Position numbers and translations under genes: made by a program. Source: an uncultured Acidobacteriota bacterium (lineage in GTDB: Bacteria; Acidobacteriota; UBA6911; RPQK01; JAPXNP01). Taken from it: a stretch of DNA of 64,000 nucleotides. This document shows positions 19,206 through 27,837 of this stretch, piece after piece. Under the pieces are notes generated by a model, which worked only from the letters and a program-made list of their open reading frames with translations, made no database searches and was not told the origin of the DNA. The stretch spans positions 502,837 through 566,836 of the forward strand of contig CAZGEH010000002.1 in NCBI GenBank assembly GCA_964524795.1, given 5' to 3'. Numbering within the stretch: position 1 is the first letter of the stretch; each line of letters begins with the position of its first letter.

Positions 19206-19328
19206 ATCGGGCCGTATTCCCCCGGCCAAACAGGTTGCCGACAGGCTCGCTTCCACGACGCCCGAACTGAGACTCCTCAATCAGTGCGCCGGGGCCGCTT
19301 CGCATCCTCTCGACCGCCTGAAGGAGCC

Positions 19329-19336
19329 AAAAGCGT
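19329..19336. promoter_or_regulatory. perfect palindrome TGTCGACA about 190 bp upstream of the candidate sigma-54 promoter (possible enhancer/UAS)
   Basis: Sits within a third partial copy of the AAGCGTGTCG motif that the leader repeats share. Confidence 0.25.
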
Positions 19337-19519
19337 GTCGACAAACGGTACAAGGACAGGCCGATCTTCTTTCCCGAACCTGTATTGAGGCGCCTTGCGG
19401 ATGAACCCTCAAACGGCTGGGTAGCCCGGTACCCGGGGTTGGGAGTCCGCTGAAACAGCCTCCGCAACCCGTCCGCCGGGATTGCTCGCCCTGACTGCAG
19501 TTGCCTGCTTGACTTCGAT

Positions 19520-19535
19520 CTGGCATCGGATTTGC
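19520..19535 (+). promoter_or_regulatory. candidate sigma-54 (-24/-12) promoter TGGCAT-N5-TTGCT
   Basis: GG and GC elements separated by exactly 10 nt. About 17 nt upstream of the 19552 ATG of the bEBP-like gene. Confidence 0.5.
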
Positions 19536-19551
19536 TAGCGACAGGTTCGCA

Positions 19552-20511
19552 ATGAGTTGCCCGACTTCTCCGGTCAGTGCATGGGAGTGGGAGCAGTTGA
19601 CCTGTCCCAGTTCCGCCATGCAGCGCGTCTATGAACTGGCCCGCCGCATCGCACGGACCGACCTCAACCTGCTCATCACTGGAGAGCCGGGCACCGGACG
19701 GGAAACTCTCGCCCGGTTCATCCACCGGTATTCCGGCCAGTCAGGACGCCCGTTTTACCGCTTTTCCCACGGCCGACTCCTGACCCGCGAACTGGACAGC
19801 AGGCTGTTTCGCGCCGAAGAAGCCGAGCCGGAAAAGACCAACTGCTGTTCGGGCACGCTCTTTTTTCGCGATCTCGATGCTTTCGGGGCCGAGAGCCAGG
19901 CCACGCTCCTGCAGCTTCTGCTGCGATGCGAAGCCGCGCGCGCCTCGCGCCCAACCCTGGGCACGGCCGACTGCAGAATCATTGGCTCCGCTTCGCCCGA
20001 ACTGTGGCGCCAGGTGGTTGCCGGCCGCTTCCGGAATGACCTGTATGAAAGGATCCGCGCCTTGGAGATCCGGGTGCCCCCGCTGCGGGAACGCCCCGAA
20101 GACATCCGGCCCCTCACGCAGCATTTCTTTGTGGGGTGGCGGTTACGCTATGGGCTCGATCCGGCCCCCGGTCCGGCCGAAGATCTGACCGAAGACTTGA
20201 TGGGAGCGCTGGAACGCCATTCCTGGCCGGGCAACGTGGAAGAGCTCAAGGACTTCTTCAAACGGGTCTTCCTGACCGGGGAGGACCTGGGTGAAGCCGT
20301 CAACCGGCTGAAACCCCTGGAGACGGCCGAGCCCCAGCCGGAACCCCTGGGCATGTCGGAGCTGGCACGCCGGGCGGGAGCCCGCGTGGAGCGTGAACTG
20401 ATCCGCCGGGTACTGCAGGCCAACGGCTGGAATCGACGCCGGGCTTCACAACAGCTCCAGATCAGCTATCGCAGCCTCCTGGAAAAGATGAAACGGTTCG
20501 AGCTGCGTTGA
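19552..20511 (+). CDS. sigma-54-activator-like (bEBP-like) regulator with degenerate AAA+ core and Fis-type HTH
   Basis: Walker A GEPGTGRE, arginine finger region RNDLYERI, C-terminal HTH (RRRASQQLQISYRSLLEKMKRF). GAFTGA is replaced (RLFRAEEAEPEK). Walker B DE is replaced by RD (TLFFRDLD). No receiver or sensor domain. The start may be the ATG at 19618. Confidence 0.7.
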   Translation: MSCPTSPVSAWEWEQLTCPSSAMQRVYELARRIARTDLNLLITGEPGTGRETLARFIHRYSGQSGRPFYRFSHGRLLTRELDSRLFRAEEAEPEKTNCCSGTLFFRDLDAFGAESQATLLQLLLRCEAARASRPTLGTADCRIIGSASPELWRQVVAGRFRNDLYERIRALEIRVPPLRERPEDIRPLTQHFFVGWRLRYGLDPAPGPAEDLTEDLMGALERHSWPGNVEELKDFFKRVFLTGEDLGEAVNRLKPLETAEPQPEPLGMSELARRAGARVERELIRRVLQANGWNRRRASQQLQISYRSLLEKMKRFELR

Positions 20512-20549
20512 GCACCGCCCCACGGATGTCGCTAGACTAGGAGGCATCT

Positions 20550-23500
20550 ATGATCCCCCTTGCGCGGACCTGTGTGCTGACCTTGGCCATGGCGGGCTGC
20601 GTCGGGTTCGCCGCGCCCGATGTCACCCGGATTGATCCACCATCCCTGCCGCTGCGTTTCGAAAGCCTGCAGGCCCCCGGCGGTCCGGCATTCCGTAGCA
20701 CCGGCCACCCTGCTGCCGTTTTGCTGACTGCGTCCGGAATCCACTTCGGGGCCACGTCCGGCGGCAGGCTGACCCTGCCCGGTGCCGGCGGCGTCGCTCC
20801 CCAGGGCGAGGAGCAGGTTCCGTACGTCGTGAACTACCTGCTGGGGGAAAGGACTGCCTGGCGCACCCAGGTCACCGCCTACGCCGCTGTCCGCTATCGC
20901 GGCATTTACCCCGGCATCGACCTTGTCTTCCACGGGCGCCAGGGGGAGCTGGAGTTCGATTTCGAACTTGCCCCAGGGGCCGACCCGGGGCGGATCCGTT
21001 TGGACTTTTCAGGTTTTGACCAGATTCTTCAGCTAGAAAACGGGGATCTCCGGCTGGTTCTCGCCGACGAGCAGTTCACTTTGAGAGCCCCCGTGGCCTT
21101 CCAGTGGGAAGGTGGCGAGCGGCTGGCGGTGGCTTGTCGTTTCACTTCCCTGGATGCAGGCCTTTTCGGTTTCGCGGTTGGGGAGTACTCGCCGGACCTG
21201 TCCCTGATCATCGACCCCATTCTTGAATTCTCCAGTTACCTGGGCGGCGGGCAGGCGGACTCCATCAGCGCCATTGTTCCCGCCGCCGGGGAGGTCATTT
21301 ATGTCGCCGGCTGGACGGTCTCCTCCGGGTTGGGTCGGGGCGGAAGCCTCCAGTCCGGTCTGGGAGGAGGGCGGGACGCCTTCGTGGCACGGTTCAACCA
21401 GGGCGGAGCGTCGCTCGCCTGGCTGACCTATCTGGGAGGCGCCCGAGACGACCAGGCTGCGGATCTCGAAATCGACGCTGACGGCAACCTCTACATCGTG
21501 GGAGACACCTCTTCCACGGATTTCCCGACTCAGAATCCCCTGCAGGCAGCTCTGCGCAGCGCGCCTGACGTTTTCGCGGCCAAACTGAATCCCAGCGGAT
21601 CCTCTCTGATATGGTCGACCTACCTGGGAGGAGCCCGCTCTGACACCGCCTCGGCGGCGGTTCTCGCGGGTCGGGAACTGCTGGTTGCCGGCACGACTTC
21701 GTCCCTGGACTTTCCCGTGCAGAACCCCCTGCAGGCCCAACTGAACGGCTCCGGCTCCGGCAGCGCCACCGATGCCTTCCTGGTCCGCTTCAATACTTCA
21801 GGCACCGCCCTCGTTTTCAGTACCTACCTGGGCGGTGCCGGCACCGACCAAGCCGGCGAGCTGGCGCTGACTCCCCAAGGCCGGCCGGTCCTGGTGGGAT
21901 TGACGGCATCCGCCGACTTTCCCCTGAAAGCCGCCCTGCAGGAGGCTCGTGCGGGAAGCAACGACGCCTTCATCGCTGAGCTCGCCCCCGACGCCTCCGC
22001 GCTGCTGTTCTCGACCTATCTCGGGGGGAGTTCGACCGAGAACGCCTATGGTGTTACCGTTGGGGCTGACGGCACGCTCTGGGTGGCTGGAGAAACCGCC
22101 AGCAACAATTTCCCCCTCCGCGATCCAATCCAGTGGAATTACCTGTCCGGTCTGGAGATGTTCATCACGGCGGTGGCTCCCGACCGCAGCCAGCTCGTGT
22201 ATTCCACTTACCTGGGGGGTACCGGCAATGATTCGGCGCGGGATGTTGCCCTGGATGCCTACGGCCGGGTGATCGTGGGGGGATTTTCCGGCTCGCCCGA
22301 ATTCCCTCTCCGGGGTACCGGCGGCGTGAAACAGGCCCTCACCGATCTGGTCGTTGCTGTTCTCGACTTTGAGCGCAACCTGATCGCTTTCAGCTCCGTG
22401 GCGGGAGGAGGGGGGGACGAGATACCCGGAGGAATGGCCGTGGCGTCCGACGGCCGGGTCTATCTGGCAGGCGTCACCAGTTCTCTGGATCTCCCGGTCC
22501 GGTCGGGGCCCCAGCCCCGGTTTGGCGGCGCCGCGGTCTACTTCTCCTCCACCTCGGGGGCGGGATGGACACCTACCCCCCTGGCCTCGACGGGCGCCGA
22601 TGCACTCCATATTTCGTTCCAGAACTCGTGGGTGTTCGTGGCTCCGACGTCGGGAGGTCTGTTTCTCTCGAAGGACACCGGCTCGACGTGGGTCTCGTTG
22701 GGTCTGGCGGGGGAACGCGTTCTGGCCATCGCCACCGAAACCAACAACCCTCGGGTCCTTTATGCGGGAACCCAGTCGGCAATCTACAAGACCAGCAACG
22801 AAGGGAAGGACTGGTCCGTGCTGTGTGGCAGCGAGGCGATGCGCTGTGATCGGGCACCCTTCACCGCGGTGGTGGTGGATCCGAAGAACTCCAGGATCGT
22901 CTATGCGGGTACCGCAGCAGGCGGGGTTTTTCGCAGCGATGACGGAGGGGAGAACTGGCTGGTAAAGAACAACGGCCTCGACGATGCCGGAAAGGCTGTC
23001 TACTCCTTGGTCATCGATTCTCAAAACCCTTCGAACCTGTACCTCGGTGCAAACGGAAGGGTCTTCCGCAGCACCGATGGTGGAACGTCCTGGACACCGA
23101 CCAGCCTGACCCTCGTCGGACCCGTGCAGGCTCTCGCCATCAGCAGCACTTCGCCCAATATTCTTTACGCGGCGGGAGTGGCCCAAACCCCTTCAGGCAA
23201 TCTCCAGATCGTGGCCCGCACTGCGGACAGCGGCACGAACTGGAGCGCCCAGCCAAGTCCCGGGGTGACCACGGCTCTGGCGCTGGTTCCCAACCGGCCC
23301 GACGAAGTCTACGCAGGAACCCAGAACGACGGCCTGTTCAAGAGTACCGATGGCGCCAGGACCTGGACGCCCCTGGGTCAAGGGCTGCCCACCCGTCAAA
23401 TCAACCGCGTCGCCGTCGATCCCCGGGATCCCCGGCGGATGTATGTTTCTTCACTCGACCCGTCGGACGGGCTGCTGGTGACCGTGCGACCGCAGGATGT

Positions 23501-24953
23501 CTTTTACTTCCCGCAGATCGCAGCCGGCACGGTGGGCAGGATCCGCTTCCAGACGGCCATCGTCCTGGTCAATACGGGTGAACCGACCACAGCAGTGATC
23601 GAGTTCTTCAATTCGTCCGGCGAGGCCATGACCTTCGACCTTGGTTCGCTTGGCAACCAGACGCGTTTCGAGCTTCCGTTGGCCCGGGGCGGGACGCTTT
23701 ACGTGCAAAGCCCGGGAACCGGCGATCTGCGGATCGGGTATGCCCGTGTCACCGCCGGGCCCGGGGTGGACGGCACCGCGATTTTCAGCCGCACCGATGT
23801 CGCCGCCGGCGTGATCCTCTTCGAGGCCGGGGTCCCGGCCACCAAGGCTTCGGGCAACTTCGTCTTCGTTCTGGATTCCCTGGGAGACAAGGACACTGGT
23901 ATCGCCCTCGTCCGCGCCGGCGACGCCGAGGGTAGGGACCCGGCCCAGATTCGCCTGACCCTTTATGATCTGGACGGTAACTTGGTGGACGACACAGACC
24001 TGGCACTGGCGCCCGGCCAACACACCGCCAAGTTCGTGGCCGAACTGTTCAGCGATGTCGCCCAGCAGGCCGCCGAGATGCGGGGTGTCGTGATCGTCAA
24101 CAGTCCTGTCCCCCTGGTGGCCCTGACCCTGCGCCAACGGGATCAGCCCGGCCTCGAGTTCCCGGCGGAAGTGGCTTCGCTGACACCTTTCCCGGTGGTC
24201 CAGCCGTTCAGCTACGCTTCGAATCTATACTTCCCGCAAATCGCCAACGGCACCTTCGGGCTGTTCACCCGGGAGCGGTTTCTGACCAGTTTCGTGCTGG
24301 CAAACCCGAGTCAGTTTCCGGTGCAGTTCGTGCTGGAGTTTTTTGATCTGGACGGCCTACCCATGGGGATCGATGTGGGTCTCCAGGCCCCGGTCATCCG
24401 CATCCAGGAAGTCTTGCAGCCGCGGGCCGTGCGCTTTATCGAAACCACCGGCAGAGGCGGATTCCAGGTGGGGTACGCACGGGTCAGGGCCGGCGCGGCC
24501 ATCATCGGGGGTACCGCGGTCTTCACCCAGCAGGCGATCGATACTCTGGGGCGGGCGATCACACTCTTCGAGGCGGGAGTCCCGGCCACCGTTCCCCGCC
24601 GGCGATTCAGTGTCTTCCTGGACTCGCTGGGCGGCCGCGATACCGGCCTGGCGCTGGTCAATACCTCTTCACAGGCAGCCACCATCACGTTGAGACTGTA
24701 CGACCTGAATTTCAGCCTGCTGGCCGAGCAGGTACTGGAGTTGGCGCCGGGTCAGCATCTGCCCCGCTTCATCTCCCAGCTCTTCCCCAGTTACCCGCCC
24801 GCGGGAGAGATGCTCGGTCTGGTCGCAGTGGAATCGTCAGTCCCTGTGGCGGCGGTCACCCTTCGCCAGAAAAATGAGATCGGGGTGGACTTCCCCCAGG
24901 AGGTTCCCCTGTTGACGACGTTCCCGGTCATTCCAGGAGTCCCCATCCCATGA
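20550..24953 (+). CDS. large secreted beta-propeller protein: SBBP repeats, BNR/Asp-box repeats and four C-terminal uncharacterised modules
   Basis: RBS GGAGG then ATG. Signal or lipoprotein-like N-terminus (LTLAMAGCVGFAAP). Repeated SBBP-type units (YLGG..D.A..L..D..GN.Y..G.T.S.DFP). Six BNR/Asp-box units (SKDTGSTW, SNEGKDW, SDDGGENW, STDGGTSW, TADSGTNW, STDGARTW). Two a-b module pairs (YFPQIA...GYARV...GTAIF / LFEAGVPAT...LAPGQH...TLRQ). Confidence 0.8.
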   Translation: MIPLARTCVLTLAMAGCVGFAAPDVTRIDPPSLPLRFESLQAPGGPAFRSTGHPAAVLLTASGIHFGATSGGRLTLPGAGGVAPQGEEQVPYVVNYLLGERTAWRTQVTAYAAVRYRGIYPGIDLVFHGRQGELEFDFELAPGADPGRIRLDFSGFDQILQLENGDLRLVLADEQFTLRAPVAFQWEGGERLAVACRFTSLDAGLFGFAVGEYSPDLSLIIDPILEFSSYLGGGQADSISAIVPAAGEVIYVAGWTVSSGLGRGGSLQSGLGGGRDAFVARFNQGGASLAWLTYLGGARDDQAADLEIDADGNLYIVGDTSSTDFPTQNPLQAALRSAPDVFAAKLNPSGSSLIWSTYLGGARSDTASAAVLAGRELLVAGTTSSLDFPVQNPLQAQLNGSGSGSATDAFLVRFNTSGTALVFSTYLGGAGTDQAGELALTPQGRPVLVGLTASADFPLKAALQEARAGSNDAFIAELAPDASALLFSTYLGGSSTENAYGVTVGADGTLWVAGETASNNFPLRDPIQWNYLSGLEMFITAVAPDRSQLVYSTYLGGTGNDSARDVALDAYGRVIVGGFSGSPEFPLRGTGGVKQALTDLVVAVLDFERNLIAFSSVAGGGGDEIPGGMAVASDGRVYLAGVTSSLDLPVRSGPQPRFGGAAVYFSSTSGAGWTPTPLASTGADALHISFQNSWVFVAPTSGGLFLSKDTGSTWVSLGLAGERVLAIATETNNPRVLYAGTQSAIYKTSNEGKDWSVLCGSEAMRCDRAPFTAVVVDPKNSRIVYAGTAAGGVFRSDDGGENWLVKNNGLDDAGKAVYSLVIDSQNPSNLYLGANGRVFRSTDGGTSWTPTSLTLVGPVQALAISSTSPNILYAAGVAQTPSGNLQIVARTADSGTNWSAQPSPGVTTALALVPNRPDEVYAGTQNDGLFKSTDGARTWTPLGQGLPTRQINRVAVDPRDPRRMYVSSLDPSDGLLVTVRPQDVFYFPQIAAGTVGRIRFQTAIVLVNTGEPTTAVIEFFNSSGEAMTFDLGSLGNQTRFELPLARGGTLYVQSPGTGDLRIGYARVTAGPGVDGTAIFSRTDVAAGVILFEAGVPATKASGNFVFVLDSLGDKDTGIALVRAGDAEGRDPAQIRLTLYDLDGNLVDDTDLALAPGQHTAKFVAELFSDVAQQAAEMRGVVIVNSPVPLVALTLRQRDQPGLEFPAEVASLTPFPVVQPFSYASNLYFPQIANGTFGLFTRERFLTSFVLANPSQFPVQFVLEFFDLDGLPMGIDVGLQAPVIRIQEVLQPRAVRFIETTGRGGFQVGYARVRAGAAIIGGTAVFTQQAIDTLGRAITLFEAGVPATVPRRRFSVFLDSLGGRDTGLALVNTSSQAATITLRLYDLNFSLLAEQVLELAPGQHLPRFISQLFPSYPPAGEMLGLVAVESSVPVAAVTLRQKNEIGVDFPQEVPLLTTFPVIPGVPIP

Positions 24954-25534
24954 AGTTTCGCAAGGCGCCGGTGACGGCTGGGGTCTGTTTGGCGGCGCTC
25001 TTGCTGCTGTTCGGCTCCGATCGCCCCCAGGTGACCCCCCTGTCCTTCGGCGCCGAGATCTTTGTGCAGAGTTTCAATGCCGCAAGCGGCCGGCCGAGAC
25101 TGGTGGGAGTGTTCTCCCCCACTTGCGCGCACTGCCTGCAGACCTGCGCGGACGTCCAGGAGATTCTGGAACGCCATCCCGACGCCCCTTTGGAGGCGTT
25201 CATCCTGTGGGCGCCTCTGGAACCCGGAGACAATCTCGGACTGGCCGCGTCGGCGGCCTCCACCTACCTCCCTGACCGCCGGGTACGACATTTCTGGGAC
25301 CTCTGGAAGTTCGCTTCCCGCAGCTACTCCAACCCGTTCCGGATTCCCCAGGCGGACGCCTGGGGACTGTTGGTGTTCTATGGTGGAGACGCCCGATGGG
25401 AGCACGAGCCGCCGGCGCCCGAGTTCTGGATGCAGTCGCGGCGGCTTCGCGTGGGCACCGCCTACAGCAAACGGCTTCTGGAGCGCAAGCTGGGGCCGTG
25501 GTTACTTCCTGGGGAGGGTGACTTCGGGCGGTAA
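24950..25534 (+). CDS. TlpA-like thiol:disulfide oxidoreductase (thioredoxin fold, CxxC)
   Basis: ATGA overlap with the stop of the preceding giant gene. Signal-anchor (VTAGVCLAALLLLFG). Thioredoxin active site VGVFSPTCAHCLQ. Confidence 0.65.
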   Translation: MKFRKAPVTAGVCLAALLLLFGSDRPQVTPLSFGAEIFVQSFNAASGRPRLVGVFSPTCAHCLQTCADVQEILERHPDAPLEAFILWAPLEPGDNLGLAASAASTYLPDRRVRHFWDLWKFASRSYSNPFRIPQADAWGLLVFYGGDARWEHEPPAPEFWMQSRRLRVGTAYSKRLLERKLGPWLLPGEGDFGR

Positions 25535-25541
25535 CCAGCTA

Positions 25542-26102
25542 TCAAGCGCCCTCGGGATTTCGGCGGCGGTCCCAGAGCACATCCGACTTCCCCGCATGGC
25601 GGTTGAGCCAGCGTGCTGCCACGAAAAGCAGGTCGGAAAGGCGGTTCAGGTACTGCAACGCGGTTTCGCTGACGGTCTCCGCATGGCGCAGCTGCACTAG
25701 GCGCCGCTCCGCTCTCCGGCAGACCGAACGCGCCACGTGGCACAACGCTGCGGCCTCGCAGCCGCCAGGAAGGATGAATTCCTTCAGGGGAGGCAGTTCG
25801 GCGTTCAGCCGGTCCAGCACCTGCTCGAGGAATGCGACCCGCGGCTCCCCCAGCAGCGCGTGGCCCGGTATTGAAAGCTCGCCGCCCAGATCGAACAGAT
25901 CATGCTGGACAGCCGTCAGCGGCTGCCGGAGCTCATCCGCCAGATCCCGGGCGAGCAGCAAGCCGAGGAAACTGTTGAGCTCGTCGATCTGTCCGCAGAC
26001 CTCGACCCGGGGGTGGTCCTTGGGGACGCGGGTTCCATCGCCCAGGCCGGTGGTCCCGCCGTCCCCCGTCTTCGTGTAGATCCTGGAAAGTCGATAACCC
26101 AT
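25542..26102 (-). CDS. cob(I)yrinic acid a,c-diamide adenosyltransferase, PduO type
   Basis: RIYTKTGDGGTTGL...K signature of PduO/MMAB-type ATP:cob(I)alamin adenosyltransferase, 186 aa. Confidence 0.85.
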   Translation of the reverse strand: MGYRLSRIYTKTGDGGTTGLGDGTRVPKDHPRVEVCGQIDELNSFLGLLLARDLADELRQPLTAVQHDLFDLGGELSIPGHALLGEPRVAFLEQVLDRLNAELPPLKEFILPGGCEAAALCHVARSVCRRAERRLVQLRHAETVSETALQYLNRLSDLLFVAARWLNRHAGKSDVLWDRRRNPEGA

Positions 26103-26165
26103 GATCCCCCTCGAGCCCGGTGCACGGTCCGGTGAAAGTCCGCCGCCGTGCCACCCGGTCCATGC

Positions 26166-26795
26166 TCAGCGCAGATCTCTCAGATAGATGTCCTTGAACA
26201 TCATGTTCCCAAGACCGCCTGAATGGAGCTGCAAGGCGATATAACCGTCGGAGACCTGTGGGCTGGGGTGGGTGAAGTCCAGGACTTTGACTCCGTTGAG
26301 GTAGCAGATGTAGTGATTGCCCTCCACGATCATGAGCATCTCATTCCAGTCTTCTGGGCGGATGAGAGGTTCGTATTCCGGCGAGGGCCACGCCAGCCAG
26401 CCGCGGTTGTCACCATAAATGCCGCCGGTGTGGTTGCCCACTTTGCGGTCGATTTCAAACTGCCGCCCCTGGCTGATGTCCACAGTCCCAGGTTTGAAGT
26501 CGGCATGGAAATAGACGCCGCTGTTCCCATCAGCCAGACACTTGAACCGCAGAAAAAGGTGGAAACTGGAGTATTTCTTCTCGGTACGAAGGTAGCCATA
26601 CTCCTCGGTGACTCCCTGACCGTGGATGACACCGTCCACCACCTCCCATTTTTCCTTTCCGACTTCCACCCAGCCGGTCAGGTCCTTGCCGTTGAACAGG
26701 GGGACCCAGGACTCGCCGGGAAGCGGGGGTCGCTGAGCGAGGCCGGTGAGCGTCAGGAAACCCATTGAAACCAGAATCACCGTCACTTTACGCAT
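26166..26795 (-). CDS. DUF1080 (3-keto-disaccharide hydrolase-like) secreted protein
   Basis: Signal peptide MRKVTVILVSMGFLTLTGLA. DUF1080 motifs (LFNGKDLTGW, EIDRKVGNHTGGIYG, ALQLHSGG). Confidence 0.75.
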   Translation of the reverse strand: MRKVTVILVSMGFLTLTGLAQRPPLPGESWVPLFNGKDLTGWVEVGKEKWEVVDGVIHGQGVTEEYGYLRTEKKYSSFHLFLRFKCLADGNSGVYFHADFKPGTVDISQGRQFEIDRKVGNHTGGIYGDNRGWLAWPSPEYEPLIRPEDWNEMLMIVEGNHYICYLNGVKVLDFTHPSPQVSDGYIALQLHSGGLGNMMFKDIYLRDLR

Positions 26796-26884
26796 ACCGT
26801 GTACCATCCTTACCACCCACGTTTGAACCTTTGAACTTCTGCACCTGCCGCGCATAGTGCGCTGGCGCTTTCTGGGACTGACGA

Positions 26885-27727
26885 CTAAGCCAGCAGGCGT
26901 TTCACCCGCTCCAGATTGGCCTTGAGGGCCTCGAGCGGGGGGATCCCTTCCTGCTCATACTCCACGATAAACCACTCGGTGCCGGCCACCGTCAGGCAGA
27001 GTTCCAGGATTGTCGGCCACGGCAGCTCATCGTCCCCGATGAAAGCATCGGGATTCTGTTTCGAATAGGGCTTCAGATGGATGGTGGCGGTCCGGCCCTC
27101 ATTCCTCTTCAGGAGCTGGACCGGATTCTGGCCACTGACGGCGGCATTGCCGGTGTCGAGTTGGAGGACGACACTGCGGGGGGTGCCGTCCGCCAGAATG
27201 TTCCACAAGAGCTCGCCATCGAACCGCTCGAAGATGTAGTCGTGGTTGTGATACCCGATTCTCAGTCCGTGAGGTTCCAGGCGTGCGGCGATGTCGGAGA
27301 AGACTCTCACCGTTTCCGCAAACGCTGCCTTGGAGTTCCGCCGCGCTTCCGGCAGCCAGCGGACGATCAGGTAGGGGTTACCCAGAGTCCGATTGAAATC
27401 GATGGTGGCAGCCAGCCGATCTCCCAGCATGTCCTCCAACATGATGTGCGTGCCGCAGCACTTCAGTCCGTTGGCATCCAGGACACGGCGGAGCTCCTGC
27501 GCAGAGCGGCCAAAGTAGTCGGCGAACTCCACACCTTCAAAGCCCAAGGCGGCCACGTCCGCAATGGTCTTCTCCAGATTCTGCGCCATCTCCTTGCGCA
27601 CACAATAAAGCTGCATTCCGATGGGCGGAATCTTCCTGGCTCCGAAGGCAGTCCAAGTGGCGGCGACGCTGCCGGCGGCACCGGCTGCCAGACTGAGGAA
27701 AGTGCGACGGGTGGTGAGTGCTTTCAT
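26885..27727 (-). CDS. sugar phosphate isomerase/epimerase (xylose-isomerase-like TIM barrel), Tat-exported
   Basis: Tat signal MKALTTRRTFLSLAAGAAG. TIM-barrel XylA-like motifs (GFEGVEF, GYHNH, LDTGN). Confidence 0.8.
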   Translation of the reverse strand: MKALTTRRTFLSLAAGAAGSVAATWTAFGARKIPPIGMQLYCVRKEMAQNLEKTIADVAALGFEGVEFADYFGRSAQELRRVLDANGLKCCGTHIMLEDMLGDRLAATIDFNRTLGNPYLIVRWLPEARRNSKAAFAETVRVFSDIAARLEPHGLRIGYHNHDYIFERFDGELLWNILADGTPRSVVLQLDTGNAAVSGQNPVQLLKRNEGRTATIHLKPYSKQNPDAFIGDDELPWPTILELCLTVAGTEWFIVEYEQEGIPPLEALKANLERVKRLLA

Positions 27728-27837
27728 GACGATTCTCCATGGGCGGCTGGCCCAAGGGCATTGTAGTGGGGTCAGGGGATTCAGGGAAGCCGCCGAGCGG
27801 TCCTTCAGAAGGTCCAGAATCATGCTACCCTTCCTGA

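Noticed and set aside
21798-23186. 462-aa minus-strand ORF inside the giant propeller gene
   Set aside because: Antisense to a conserved BNR/SBBP coding region. Low-complexity composition.
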